A stretch of DNA of 64,000 nucleotides from the NCBI RefSeq assembly GCF_006345805.1, contig NC_043011.1, forward strand, positions 22,394,464 to 22,458,463, in the 5' to 3' direction. Positions 47,685 to 61,511 of this stretch are shown one piece after another. The stretch comes from Octopus sinensis (lineage: Eukaryota). Under the pieces are notes generated by a model that ran no database searches, was not told the DNA's origin, and was given only the letters and a program-made list of their open reading frames with translations. A program made the position numbers and the translations under genes. Each line of letters opens with the position of its first letter. Within the stretch, counting starts at the first letter, position 1.

Positions 47685-47927
47685 TAGCATCTATTATTCC
47701 ATGTTTGCATGGGTCAGATGGAATTCATTGAAGTAGATTTTTTTTTGACCAAATGCCCTTAATTTTTCCAACCATCACTAGTTTCCAAGCAAGTTCTGCT
47801 TCTCTGTAACCAAACATGTTTCCATGGAAGATTGAAAATGAGGGACAGTGCTTGTATGATGTTGATGCTCATTTATAACTATTGTTTGATGTCAAGACAA
47901 GGAGACCAAGACACTCGTGTGCACATG

Positions 47928-47958
<31 letters not shown>

Positions 47959-48110
47959 CTGATGAGCTTCTATCTACCAAATCCATTCACAAGGCTCTGG
48001 TCAATGGTCAACACAGTGATATAATGGAAAATGTTTGCCCAAGATGTGTTGTAGTGGGACACTGAATCAGGAAGCATGTAGATGGAAAGCAAATTTAACA
48101 ACATCCATGC
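47685..48110 (-). repeat. RTE-tail repeat followed by degenerate family A SINE head
   Basis: CCATGTTTGCATGGGTCAG...; TCTACCAAATCCATTCACAAGGCT... Confidence 0.6.
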
Positions 48111-48907
48111 CAGCATCTTATTTGCATTTGCTTTTTTATCTAAATCGTCCAACCCATGTTAGCATGGAAAGTGGGCGTTAAATAATGACGATGATGATAG
48201 AACTTCCTAAAATCCAAACTACTCGTAAGTGTAAATTCATGTGTTGATAAAAGTGCTTCAAATTCCTGTTCTTATGTTGGTTGGTCTCTTTTTCTGCTTA
48301 CTTCATTCTATCTATATCGGTTTATCCTTTCAGTATTTAAGAGCAAAGTAAACTTTATCAAACTATCAGTGATATAACTACATAATATAGATAGTCAAGT
48401 CACAAATACTGACTACACACTTTGTACCATATCGGATTTTTGTTTATCCTGTTTACTATGCACTGTTAGCAATTTTTTTTTTTTTTGCTTTAGGTTTATC
48501 TACTAGTGATACTTCTATTCAACTAAAGCTTTGTTCAATGATTAATTATTTTGATTTGAATTTTTTTTTTAATAGTTTACAATCTTTGTATGAATTAATT
48601 TTTTCTTTTAAATCAATCATATTATAATAGATTTCTGTCATATTGTAAAAAAATCAAAATGCTTTAACAAATTATATAAATTTTAAATTGTTTTTTTATT
48701 TCATTTTTTTTAATGAATTATGGTATGTAACATGGTTTTACATGTCTCCTTGGACTTTTCATTCTGGCTCTGAAAAATCTATGAAGATAAACAAAATTAT
48801 GTTATAAAATCAATTATTCCCAGTTGCCTATATATTGCATGCTTCATATTCTAAAGTGCGTAGAACCCATGAAAGTTGTGACATTTTAACTGCTTATACA
48901 AACAAAT

Positions 48908-49143
48908 GTGGTGAGGTAGCAGAAGCGTTAGCACACCGGGCGAAATGCTTTGCGGTACTTCGTCTGGCGTTACGTTGTGAGTTCAAATTCCGCCGAGGTC
49001 GACTTTGCCTTTCATCCTTTCGGGGTTGATAAATTAAGTACCAGTTACGCACTGGGGTCGATGTAATCGACATAATACCTATGTCTGTCCTTGTTTGTCC
49101 CCTCTATGTTTAGCCCCTTATGGGTAATAAAGAAATAGGTATT
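48908..49143 (+). mobile_element. Full-length family B SINE
   Basis: Near-identical to 10718-10940. Confidence 0.88.
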
Positions 49144-49994
49144 TAATACCTGTTTTTTCCAATAGATTGTTGATACTAAGAAAATTTCTCTGGTATGAAA
49201 TTTCTCTTTTGGGAGAGATAACTGAAAAATTAAAGCAACATCTTAAATATGTTACAGTATTCAGTTTCATCTCTAGTAGTTTAGAGATTTCACCTTGGTT
49301 AATTTTGCCTTTTATTTCTTCTGAGAAACAATATAAATACTAGTAAGATAACCATGCATCTTCCTTAAGAACTTGGCTTTGTGTTTATGCTTAGCCATTA
49401 TTTAGACTAGGGTAGTTTTACCACATTACAAATATTGTCTATATAAAGTAATATCTGATATGGATTTATTCAACTAGTACTAACATAGAATTGTCGTTAA
49501 TGCTTGATGAAACAGAATATTTCTTTAAAATGCTATCTTACTACTAATTACTGATCATTCTATTCTGGGTGGTAGCTAAAATAAGTTTATTAAACCATTC
49601 TTAATCTCATATCTCTGGAACATTCTTACAAATCCAGAGTATTGATTTGTTAGCCTTTGTATTTTTCATCTTCTAAATTTGAATGTCTTGACTGTTTCAC
49701 AACCATCCCTCTAGTTTCTTTTCATCTATTTCCATGCTAGAGTGGGTGGGATGGATTTTGTTGGAGCAATTGTTTTCTACTGCTTCCTACCCTTTCTATT
49801 ACTAATCATTCAACTGTGAAGTAGAAATCTGTCTTTGTCAGTCAGGCAAAATGAGGCAAGCAGTGTTGTGTTTTGTCTATGTGTACAACACAGTGGCTGT
49901 TGTTTGTCCAGCCTTATCCTCATTGTGATTTTTTTTTGTGCATGTTGCTGCATTAAGCGATATGTAGCTGTTAGTTTAAATTGAAAATGTTTCT

Positions 49995-50190
49995 TTAACT
50001 CTTGAGCATTTAAACTGGCCGTATCTAGCACTAATATTCTACCTGTTTTATCTTCAAACCAGCCAAATCCAGGCACTCACACCTACCTTACAGTGTCATT
50101 CTCCCAGAGATAATGCATGATTAATTCAAAACAAAATGAATAAAATAAGTATTACATTTGACAGAATAATCTGAATGCTGAGAGGTTAAA
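49995..50190 (-). mobile_element. piggyBac-like MITE
   Basis: TTAACTCTTGAGCATTTAAAC...GAATGCTGAGAGGTTAA. Confidence 0.7.
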
Positions 50191-52719
50191 GTCTTATTTT
50201 TAATTATTTAATTTGTTATACATCTTTTGTATATAGGTGCAGACACAGCTGCATGCTTAGCAACTACATGGGTGTAGGTTCAATCTCATTGTACAGTACT
50301 TTATGCAACTGTCTTTCTTAGTCTCAGATTGGTAAATCTAGTATATTGATTAGTCAGTCATTGTATTTCCATGCTAATGTGAGTAAGATAGTGTTTGTTG
50401 GAGCATTTGAGTGAAATTTTCTTGATGGGAACTGCAGAGGGTTGTCACACATACATGCACCTTCTTTTGGAGTGAGAACCAATATATTTCGAGAGAAATA
50501 CCCTGCAATATTAATGTTTGACTGAAATATTCCTTATATTTTGTCTTCACATTTTGTATCTTATGAGAACGAGGAAATAAGTCCTGGACAATGTGCTGGG
50601 GTTGATGTAATAGATTTTAAAAACTCACTGGTAATATCGTGGCATGGCCACAATCCATTGGTTAAAGCTAGTAAAAAATTCTGTAGCCTCTTCCTTCTTC
50701 CATTAAATTATTTATGTAACACTGTTCTGAAAATTCACTCCTGAAAGTGTTATTACAGTAAAAACTGGGGGAAAAGAATATTATGAAAATTATCAAAAAT
50801 TCAAAATATTGTTCTTGTTTGAATAATGAACAAAATCTGTTCAAAGTTTAGTTTAACTACAATATACACACCCACACATGTACAGGCATATCCTGTGCTA
50901 TGACCATCTCAGTTTATGGGATTTTGTGCTTATGGAAATTGTAAAGTATGATCACTAATTTTAGGATATGGTCTGTAATTGCATTATTATTGAAATTCAC
51001 ATAAATTCAAAAAGTTTAAAAACTACACTCTGTTCTTAGTCAAAAGGTCACTTCTTGGCATTTTAACTAAGATCAAAGTAGTTAACAATTTGGAAAACTG
51101 TAATCATGATGCATGCATATGTATGTAAATGTTTGTATATGTGTCACTATAAACATTTATGGGGTATGAGGTGGAATTTTTCAGTTTGAATATTTGTGTG
51201 TTTGTGTATCTATCTCTTTATTAATCAACCTTCACCAACATCAGTACTATACAACCGACTATTTCTGACCCACTGACTCCTTAATGACCACCACCACCAA
51301 GAGCATGAACAAGACAAATAACTCCATCTGAAATAAGATACATGAGATAATGTGATACTTGAGTGTATTTTAAATGTTGAATGAAATGTCTTTGATCTTA
51401 GGTCAATTCAGATTGACTTGAAACTAAACAGAAATAACATTATAATTAAGAAGAACAATATCACCACTGCCACCACCAACAATGCCCCCACCAACACCAC
51501 ATCACCAATACAAAAATTAATACAACCACCACTACCACCAACTTTTGAATAACCTATTAGCAACAACAATAGTATCAGTATGATGACAATGTCTGTAGCT
51601 ACATATTTTGTATGTCACATTGGTGTATGGCATGTGTGAATAGAATGTAAAGGTTTTATGGCTCAAGTCAGAATTGCAAGGGGTATATGCCCATGAAACT
51701 GATAACCCCTTAACTAACTGTAATCACATAGTTCTTCCTCTCATCTCACTCCTTTACCCTTCTGTCTTCTCATTTTGAGCCTTACATTCATAAGAATAAG
51801 GCAATTTTTTTTGCTCTTTCTTCGTGCTGGTTTTTTTTTATTACATATTTATTATGAATAATTGTTGATCAGTGTTGGATTTATGTGCAATTCAAGTTGT
51901 CTGGAAAGAAGCTATGAAGTGGAACTGAAGGTCATAACATGAAAAGGAACACTAAAAGAGTCACACTGGTTATTAAACTTTATGGTCTTAAAAAGGATTG
52001 ATGTGTGAGAAAAAATTAGCCACATTACTAAAATATTAAAGCTTGCAATGTATACAGTGGAAACAATACGTAATAATAGAGAGAAAATCAAGTGCTCAAG
52101 AAGATACTCTGTTAGCTGCTTGTATATACTCACATACACAATTGTATATATTTTGTTATTGAATCTTGTTTTCACACTTTTGTTATTGTACATTATGAAA
52201 AACTGATAAAATAAATTACCAGTTATAAATTCATCAGATGCAAACCATATGTTTATTGGTCACAGTAAATGTATGCAGCTTAGTGTAGTAAATTTAAGGT
52301 TTTTATTAGTTGTTAATGTACCATTGGCACATAGATATTAGCTTGGCTTATGGTCATTATAATATTAAATATCCAAATTTCATTTTGTTAATATATAGCT
52401 AATTGCGAAGTTAATTAACTTTTGTAAACTATAGATAACCTATTTAAACTTAATACCGGAAAAAAAATTTAGTCTCTACTAGTTAACTACATATCCATGT
52501 TTATTAATAAGTTTGTAAAATGATCTTGTTTCAACTTGTTCTGACATTTGTCCTTTGGTAATTTCCAATTCTTATAACTTTATTACTGGAGTGTTTTTTA
52601 ATCTTTAGTTTTGTTGTCCATAGGATATACATTAATTAAAGTTTTTTTTTTTTTAAATGACTTTACATAGTTTATTTAGATAGTGTTTACAACTTTGCAG
52701 GTATGTATCTATCTACGTT

Positions 52720-53078
52720 AATCTTTTACCTTTTTTCACTCGTTTGACTGTAGCTATACTGGGGCACTGCCTCAAAGGGTTTATAGTTAAACAAACCAAC
52801 TTCAATACTTTTTTTTTTCCGAGCCTGGTACTTATTCTATCAATCTCTTTTTACTAAACTGCTAAGTTATGGGGCCATAAACAAACCAGCACTGGTTCTC
52901 AAGCAGTGGTGGCACACACACACACAACTAACAGGCTGCTTTTCAGTTTCCATCTACCAAATCCACTCATAAAGTTTTGGCTGACCCAGAGCTATAGTAG
53001 AAGACACTTGTCCAAGACTGAACCTGGAATCATGTGGTTGGGAAGCAGATTTCTTACTACACAGTCATGCCTGTGCCT
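52720..53078 (-). mobile_element. Family A SINE
   Basis: TTTGACTGTAG...GGTACTTATTCTATC...CTACCAAATCCACTC...CTTACTACACAGTCATGCCTG. Confidence 0.8.
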
Positions 53079-53163
53079 AGTACTTCACAAATTTAAAATT
53101 TTTGCTTTCCTTCACTTTCAAAAAGATTTCTTCTATATTCCATAGATAAAATTTGACAGTGTT

Positions 53164-53388
53164 TTAACCCTTTAGTATTTAAACTGGCCAGATATGACCA
53201 AAATATTCTACTCGTTTTATGTTCGAACGAGCCAGATCCCGCCTCTCACATCTACCATACAATATCATTCTAAAAAATTAATCACATCATCAAAATCTCG
53301 AAGCTACAAGATAATGCATAATGAATTAAAAAAGTATGAATAAATAAGCATTACATTTGACACAGTCATCTGAATGTTAAAGGGGTAA
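53164..53388 (-). mobile_element. piggyBac-like MITE
   Basis: TTAACCCTTTAGTATTTAAAC...GAATGTTAAAGGGGTAA. Confidence 0.72.
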
Positions 53389-53894
53389 TAATTGAAGAAA
53401 TTATAACATCTATCTTTAAAAAAAAAAAAATGCCTATTGAATAATTTACTCTGTTCAATACAGCACTATACCTGAAGTAGACTATAAAAGCTTTGACTTA
53501 AAGGTCATGAAGCTAAAACTCAATACTTTGTCACTCATTAAATAGTATGCATGACTTTTTTTTTGTTCAGTCAAATGTCATTAATAATTGTAAATATTTT
53601 AGAGAATTGAAAAGAAAAACTAGAAATTTTGTGGCAGGAAGCAGTCAAGTAATGGCCTCCATCAGTATTTGACTATTATCTTTATTGACCTTGGCAGGAT
53701 GAAAGGCAAAACAGGCCTCAGAAGTAAATAAAAATGTTTAGAAGTTCCTCTATTCATTTAAAAAAAAAAAGGCAAAAAAATCTTATTAGATTAGAAAAGG
53801 TTGTGATAACAATATATCATAAATCCAATTGATGCAAATTACACACCATGGAGGAGACATGAGGTCTAGTGTTTCAAGCAAAGCCTGTCTTCAG

Positions 53895-54000
53895 AGAGAA
53901 AGATTTTAAGTGTTTAGGATAGCACTGAGCAAATCTATTTATTTGGTGATAGCGTAAAGACTATTTACTCAGTGCTAATCTAAACACTTCAAATTTCTCT
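53895..54000. repeat. Imperfect ~38-bp-stem hairpin
   Basis: AGAGAAAGATTTTAAGTGTTTAGGATAGCACTGAGCAAAT is complementary to ATTTACTCAGTGCTAATCTAAACACTTCAAATTTCTCT; 28-nt loop. Confidence 0.85.
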
Positions 54001-54779
54001 TTACAAACAAGGATGTTGCTCAAAAAGTTAAAGCCTGCACTTCTTTATGACAAACAAACTTGGGTTTAAATTTACTAACTTCATTAAAAGATTTGCTTGT
54101 TGCACATTACTGCTTTGTTTCTTTGGATGCTGGCTTTATAAATCACTAATTTTTGAAGAAATTTTAGCAATATAATTACAATAGTTCTTTTTAATCCTAT
54201 TGCAATGTTTTTTCATTATTTAAAAAAATGATGTATGTGACTACTGTATGTGAATTACGTATTAAAGCCTTGTCGTTTAACAAACTTAAGTCATGAAGTG
54301 TTATTTCTGTCACACTGATAATGTCCTCAAATTTTTAAGTGTTAGTTGACTTAGTACTCTGAATGCTGAGATTAAAGCGGCATATTTAGTAAAACTGACA
54401 TAAATAAGTAGACAGAAATAGATTGCTACAGTTAGTCTTAAAAACAGGTTAGTTTATGGGTTTCTTTCAAGTTTATTTTTTAATAGGCACAGCCGAAAGG
54501 AAAGTATTTATTTTACACAAAAGATTAGCAAACTCAACTGACAAATATTAAAACAATAAAAATACAAAAATGACTTGTCATCAGTCATCATGCAATTTGT
54601 GTTCTGTTTGGGTCATGGCCAGGTAACAAGTTTACTCCCTTCCTATCACTTTTTATATTTTTTAGCAATGAACTAGAAAATTTTCATAGTTTCTCAACCT
54701 CCTGCTGTTTCCTTTTTATATTCATTTCCTTTTTTTTTTTTATGACCGCATAGATTGGATGGATCTACAAATATGTCAT

Positions 54780-57700
54780 CATCCAGATAATTTTTATGAC
54801 CACTTTTCCATGCTGGCATGCATTATACATGTTATCTTTCTGAAGCCCAGCTACCTGATTTTAGTTCTCATTAACTCTGCCCATGTCATCTATTATTATC
54901 CTCTTCTGCAGGTTCCTTCAGCTTATATAATTTAACATATTGTAAATGAACTATCTTCATATACACTATATGTCTGTAACATCATGGTATTCTCTTCTGC
55001 ACCTTATAACAGACTAGCAGCATAGCCCGGCATTGCCCGGGTATGTAAGAAACTTTGTCGATAAGCAATGCCCTTTACCTTTTTACCCTTTTTTGTACTC
55101 ATTGAACCGTTATTTTGTAAAATGAAGCCTAAAAGCATTAAGACATTCAAAAGCATTAAGGCATTTTCTTCTTGCATGCATGAAGAAAATATATGACAGT
55201 CAAAGTGCATTTTCTGGTTTTGTTTAGCACACCCAACCCAGTTCTGCGGGATCAGTGTTGTGATGGGAACACATGGGTTGGGAGTTTGACAGGCAGAGGT
55301 GATAAGGTTGCACATGCCGGCCCTTTCGACACCGCCTCCCCGAACCCAAGTTGGGTTCGGACCACAGCTAAGCCCTACCTAATCCTAACTTAAGTCTAGC
55401 GAAAGGGGGCTCGGGAGCCTCTAGTAGGCAACGACTAATCCCGATCTAGTCCTTTCCCTCTAGGGAATGAAGGCGCATGTGTAGGTTGCAACGTCTTTCT
55501 AGTAACCTTTATGATAAAAGCGGCAAAAATCGACTAAATCGCCTGAAATCCGCCAACTATTTAACAAAAGTCAGTTTTGTAGGGTTCGCATGGTCGGTCT
55601 CAAAGTGATATGGTTTTGTCGATTTCTCCCAATACTTGTTAACTGCATTGACAAAAGGTCGTTAGTTTGACATTTAATGCAAACTTGATGTCCAACATCG
55701 GTGTAGGGAAAATCTATGTGAACTTTCAAAAAATATCGCAGAAAAATCGGTTTGCTATGTGTACCACACATGATGTAATTAACCAATTTTTTTCCAGTAA
55801 TAACATATCCTATTGGAATCAAAAGGGCCATATAGCTCCTTGGAGCAGACATGATGCTCACTGTGAATTTCAAAAAAAATTCCTGCCAGTTTGTTAAAGA
55901 TATTGTTGAAAATATGTCATCTTGAACTTGAGCGCGATTTCCCAAAATGGTATGATTTTATCGATTTTTTTCTTATGGTAAGGTATTGCATGGAAAACTA
56001 ATGTCAGAATTAAGTTCCTTAGGGTAACATTAAGCTTCACCATGAGTTGGGTGAAAATTGATTGCAATTTGCGAAAACTACAATGGAAAATGTGTTGCAT
56101 ATGATAAGCTTAGATTCTCGACCCCATGTCGAATTTATCAATTTTTTTCAGAACTGGGGGAACTTTTCCAAATTTTCGCTGCGTTAGTTTTGAATTATGA
56201 CATTGGACTATGTGTGTGTCAAGTTTCATCAGAATCGGTTGAAAGCCGTGGTCAGGGTGAGGGTACAACCTGACAGACACAGACAGACAAACTGCCTTTT
56301 ATATATATAGAGAAGAGATAGCTATGATGCCTAGTTTTTGAGTACATTTGTGCATGCTTACTAACACAACATAGTGCAGTTTGTATACCCTCTGCACTTA
56401 TTATTTATCTTTGGCTATCATGCAGTATTGCACTTCATATATAAGTAAACATCATACAGTATACTTTCCATTTAGAAGGAGCTCTTTGTTGTAAAACAGA
56501 AGTACTAGCTATCTGAATCTTTCTATCCCATGTCTTGATTACTATATTTTCACAGCACTCAGTTGATTGCTAATAAAGCCAACTAACTATCAAAATCCTT
56601 CTCCATAAGCTTGCACATCATACTTTTTGTATACCCATTGTGCACATTATGTGTACTATATAAAGTTCCTATCTACTCACTTTCTGAAAATTGAGAATAG
56701 CTACTTTTCAGTAGCTAGTAGTGTTCAGTTTTCACTCCTGCTAAGACTTTCCTCTTTATTGATTCAGTCTTTAGGACTCTTGATCCCAGATCTTACTTTC
56801 ACTTTAATTATTTGACCTTGTAACTCTCGGAACTAGTTTGCCAGCAGACAGGGGTTCCCACAGACAACCAGTCTTGAACTTGTCTGAAGAACTAAAATAG
56901 GAAGGACCTGAGAAATGAAACCTGGTTCACATCTACCTGCATAGTGAATTTGTTATTGAACTTGTGGCTGGCTCTTGCTTATTAACATCTGTATATGGTT
57001 TGCACAGATTTTAGAAGTTGTTCAAGTACTGTTTTGTGACCACCAGATGGAATAAGCTTTCCTTGAGTCAACAAATGTGAGGTGTAGTGGCTTGTTTTTG
57101 GCTAAGAATTCCTCTTGCAGTTGCTTCACTAAGAAGAGGTTACAGTTGGTTTCATGTCTTCCATTTAAGCCAGTTATCACCCTGAATGGTTTGCTATAAC
57201 TTTCTGCCACTTTCATATCTTGGCCCATCAGTTTAATGTCTCTAATTACTTCCTTCCAAAGTATCTTCTGTACCTTTGTAACAGTTCATGGTGATGCTGC
57301 CACACCAGTCATTGCAGATAACACTTTCCTGCACTATCTCATTAATGAGTTATCAGTGTGTGTGATCTTTTGTTTGATATTTTTAGTATCTTTGTAACTA
57401 TCTCTGATGGAAATATTGCTTTCCCTGCTTTCATATCCTTAATGAACCTTTCTGCTATACAGCTGTCAAACTCATTAGTCATTCCCCCTGTTGGCATTGC
57501 TTGAGGTAACCTCTCATTTCCCCACTTATTCTACTTGCAGTATTGTTTCCATGCTATTTTTATTTCACCATTGGTGAGAGCATGTGTTTGACTATTATTC
57601 CAAGCACTCTTTTCACCAACATCTTGATTTACACTACCTGATCGCCTTACAATTCTGATCACCTCACTTTGATTTTTATAGTGTAGAACATTAGCAAACC

Positions 57701-57880
57701 TCTTAGATATACCTGGTCCTGGAGCTTCTTTCTGAATCAGTTGATATTGTGTCTTTTTTCCTCACTTTCCTCTATATTTTTTTCTTACAAGCTTGCTTTT
57801 CTGACCTTGTCTTCTGTAGAATTCCATCACTTTCCATCCTCCTGGCTGGGATCATGTTTCATTCATATATTAGTCTGTTG
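54780..57880 (-). mobile_element. Decayed RTE LINE interrupted by a Helitron
   Basis: ORF 57022-57228 (FLVKQLQEEFLAKNKPLHLTFVDSRKA...IWWS) is an RTE RT relic; 3' parts flank the 55014-56318 insert. Confidence 0.7.
55014..56318 (-). mobile_element. Non-autonomous Helitron (~1.3 kb)
   Basis: Minus strand starts A|TCTCTTCTCTATATATATAAAAGGCAG and ends CCCGGGCAATGCCGGGCTATGCTG-CTAG|T; its 5' ~200 bp are shared with the 12391 Helitron. Confidence 0.88.
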
Positions 57881-57884
57881 CATG

Positions 57885-57938
<54 letters not shown>

Positions 57939-57969
57939 ATATATATATTGCGTGTGTGTGGGGGTGATC

Positions 57970-58340
57970 GCTGTATTGCTGTGTGGTAAGAAGGTTACTT
58001 CCAGTCATATGGTCTCAGGTTCAGTCTCATTGTGTGACATTTTGGGCATACTGTAGCCTTGGACTGAACAAATCCTTTTGGTTAGTGGAAATTGAAAGAA
58101 GCTTGTCCTATATATATATATGTGTGTGTGTGTGTATCGACTTTAGTATTTGTCCCCCGCCACCACTTGACAACTAGTGTTGGTTTGTCTACATCCCTGT
58201 AACTTCACAGTTTGGTAAAAGACTGGTAGAATAAGTATCAATCTTTAGAAAATATGCCCTGAGGTCAATTTGTTGGACTAGTCCCTTCAAGGCAGTGCCC
58301 AGCATGGCAGCAATCCAATGACAGAAACAAGTAAAAGAAA
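57970..58340 (+). mobile_element. Family A SINE, degenerate
   Basis: GCTGTGTGGTAAGAAG...GGTTCAGTC...CCCAGCATGGCAGCAATCCAATGACAGAAACAAGT. Confidence 0.75.
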
Positions 58341-60683
58341 TAATATATAACATTTATGTTTGCATTAACACATCCTTACTAAGTGTTTTATGACAGAGAT
58401 AAAAATCCAATCAAACATCAGGCAACATAAAGTCAGTGACCTTCCATGAAGGTTCTCAAATTCATGTGAGCTTCCTCCTCATCTTCTCCATCTTGTATTT
58501 GCTCTGGCCTTTCATTCTGCATTCAAGTCCTACTGAGGTTAACTTAGCCTTTCATCCTTCCTAGATTAATAAAGTACCAGTCAAATACTGGGGTTATAGA
58601 AATTTCCACTATTCTGTGTATGTTAAAAATTCTTTTTTTTTTTTTTTCTTTCTTAAAAAATTTATCTTTTTCTTACTGCTGTCCTCTTTTTTCATCTTTC
58701 TTCTCCATTGCTCTTCTCCCCAATTGCTGCCTTTCATATCTTTCCGGCTGCTAACTTTGTGTGCCAGCAACTTCTGGCCCAGTAACACTGAACTATCATT
58801 CATAATATTTTTATATTGTTATATGTTATTTATAGTTACAGGAATATCCTTATTTGCGTATTATTGCTAATTTCAATCACTGTATTATGACTGGATTCTA
58901 CTTAACACTTTTTCCATACTTTTAGATTCTATGTTTTTCTTTACAATTAAAATTTTCTGTAGCCTTTTCATATTGTGACTTAGAATTCAGCTCCTCTCCC
59001 ATGCCACCAGCCTCTTCCTCATTCCACATCTTTTTAACTGTAGTTTCTTTTGTAATCAAATTTCTGTTTATTACACTATTTAATTATAAATCTCCTTTTC
59101 CTTTTTCTCTCTCTGAATCTAGTTATAATTCTCCCTTGAACTTCTTTAGAAACACCGCACTTCTTCTCTGACAGATACCCACCTCCCTTATTCGTTTCAA
59201 TTTAATATAAAATTCCTTTATCTTCTATAGTTATATTTAGAAAACCCATGTGTTCAAACATCATCATTGTTGCTCGTTCTTTGCTATAAATTTCATCAAT
59301 TGAACTATTGTTACTCTATCTCTTCAACTGTATGTGCATCTTTTATTTCAACATAGTCTGCTGAGGATCATTGTGTTTTAATACTTTGAATATTGGAACA
59401 AAAGCATGGTACAGAAATATCTAATATATATACCACATTCTGTGAGACTGTCTAGGAGTGCATATTGAGGACTGTGCCCCGCCCCCATATCCTCCTCCAA
59501 ACATATATAAAGGAGGTAGATACTACAGAGTAAAATTAACCCATTCAACCTTGCACACTCCTGTAAAAAATAGAGTAAGATAGGTTTCTGTCTCCTTTTC
59601 TTCTACCCTTTTCCTTCAATCTTGAGCTTTTTATTTTTTTTTTTTACCATTTCCTTTATTTTGCATTTCTACTACTACTGCCCCTTTCTACTTTTGCCCT
59701 TCTGCTTTGCCCTCCCCATCTCTCTCTCTCTCTCTCTTATTAAAAAAAAAATTTTTTTCTTTGCTTCAAAAACTAGAATAAATGTATGTTAGTATTTAAC
59801 TTCAGAAATTGTACTTTCTTAGTTGTGAAGCTGCTGAAGTTGACATTTGTTTGTATTTCAGTGAAGTTAAGATAAATACCAGTGATTTCAATAGGATTGA
59901 TTTCATTGATTATACCTGTTTGCAACAAATTTGTAGTTTTGTTCCAATGTGAGAAATTATTAATATTTCTTAAGGTGGTGGAGTAGATAGATGATAGGGT
60001 ACCAAAACAAAATCACTTACAGTAATTATATCAAGAGTCCAGCTTTGTTTTCATCCTTCTGGAGTCATTAAGATAATTACCAATCAAATATTAGAAGTTA
60101 TTTAACTAGGTATCTTTTTCCAAAATTTGAGTTCATGTTATGTCATCATCATTGTTCCGACAAGGTTGACTTTGTTTTCATTCCTCCAGGGTCAATAAAA
60201 TACAGTACCAGTCAAGTACTGGGATCAGTGGTATCAACTATCTCCCACCCTTTCTTCAAAACTACTGGCCTTTCATCTAAATTGGAAGCAATTACTATTA
60301 ATTCTTTGGAAAGCTGTCTATTATTGTTTCTCTACTGAAGACGACAAACTTTTATGTAGTTCAAAAATAGTAAGAGTGTCATTATTTAACATTTAGTAAT
60401 ATCATCATCATATGTCCATGTTCCAGATTTGCATGGATTGGATAGCCCTTCCTAATGCCAACCATTTTTACAATGTGTACTGGATACTTTTTGTGCCAGC
60501 AGCACTATTGAGGTCATTATGCAACTATGAACCCTTAGGAGATGAAGGGTTAAAATATGAATGAGAAAGTAGGGGTGGTGGTGGTGGTGGACAGAGCAGG
60601 TTCTTGCAGAAGAGCTGCATGGTTCACTTTTGTTTTAGTGAGATGGTGAGAATGATCCAGTAGGAGTTGCTATGAAATATATA

Positions 60684-60903
60684 CAAGGGGTTGCTGAAAA
60701 GTTCCTAGCTTTGGGCAAAAGAAAATACCGGAGGATAGTTATAATTTTATTCAACATATCTCTCTCTCTCTCTCTCAGATTCACACTCTTATTGCAGTGG
60801 TCTTTCAGCTTTTCTGAGCCCTGTAAAAGGACTCGGAAAGTTGGGCCTCCAACCAGGCCTTTCGTGATACCTTTAAAGCCAGGAACTTTTCAACACTCCC
60901 TTG
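60684..60903. mobile_element. Mariner-derived MITE
   Basis: TIRs CAAGGGGTTGCTGAAAAGTTCCTAGCTTT / AAAGCCAGGAACTTTTCAACACTCCCTTG, with TA on the left. Confidence 0.75.
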
Positions 60904-61157
60904 TGATGATGAGGTAAGGTGTTTGGATGGCCTCTCAAAGTACGAGGTGAGTGGAAGTGGGTAGCTAGGGGGTTTGCAAGAGTATATAGAGAGCTGGGGG
61001 AACTGCATTTATTAACCCAGTCCCCATTGCCTCCTCCTATTGGTTACTACAGCTTGAAGATTCTGGCGTAGTCTTGTCACTCAAGCTTTTAGCTCCCCAC
61101 CAGAATACCTTGGATGGCTGAACTAGATATGCCTGAACAACTGAGCAGGATTAACTT

Positions 61158-61511
61158 TCACCCTTTAGCATTCAGATCACTCTGTCAAATGTCATCATCT
61201 TCATTTAATGTCTGTCTTCCATACTAGCATAGATTGGATGGTTTGACAGGAGCTGGCAAACCAGGGGACTGACCAAGTCCCACTGTCTGTCTTGGCTTGG
61301 TATAGTTTTTATGGCTGGATGCCCTTCCTAATGCCAACCACTTTACAGAGTGGACTGGGTGCTTTTCACATGGCACCAGTGCTGGCACAGGCATTATCTC
61401 ATATCCTTAAGATTTCAATGATATGATTGTTTCTTTGCAAAATAACATTGATGGATAATTGTGAGAGAATATTTGGGCTGGATATGGCTAGTTTAAATGC
61501 TAAAGGGTTAA
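61158..61511 (+). mobile_element. piggyBac-like MITE with nested RTE-tail repeat (61190-61390)
   Basis: CCCTTTAGCATTCAGAT...[CATCATC...GGATGCCCTTCCTAATGCC...]...AATGCTAAAGGGTTAA. Confidence 0.72.

Noticed and set aside
55410-55445. Complete HDV-like ribozyme call
   Set aside because: P2, P3 and J4/2-like pieces are present, but there is no P1/P1.1 or P4; kept only as a structured-RNA candidate.
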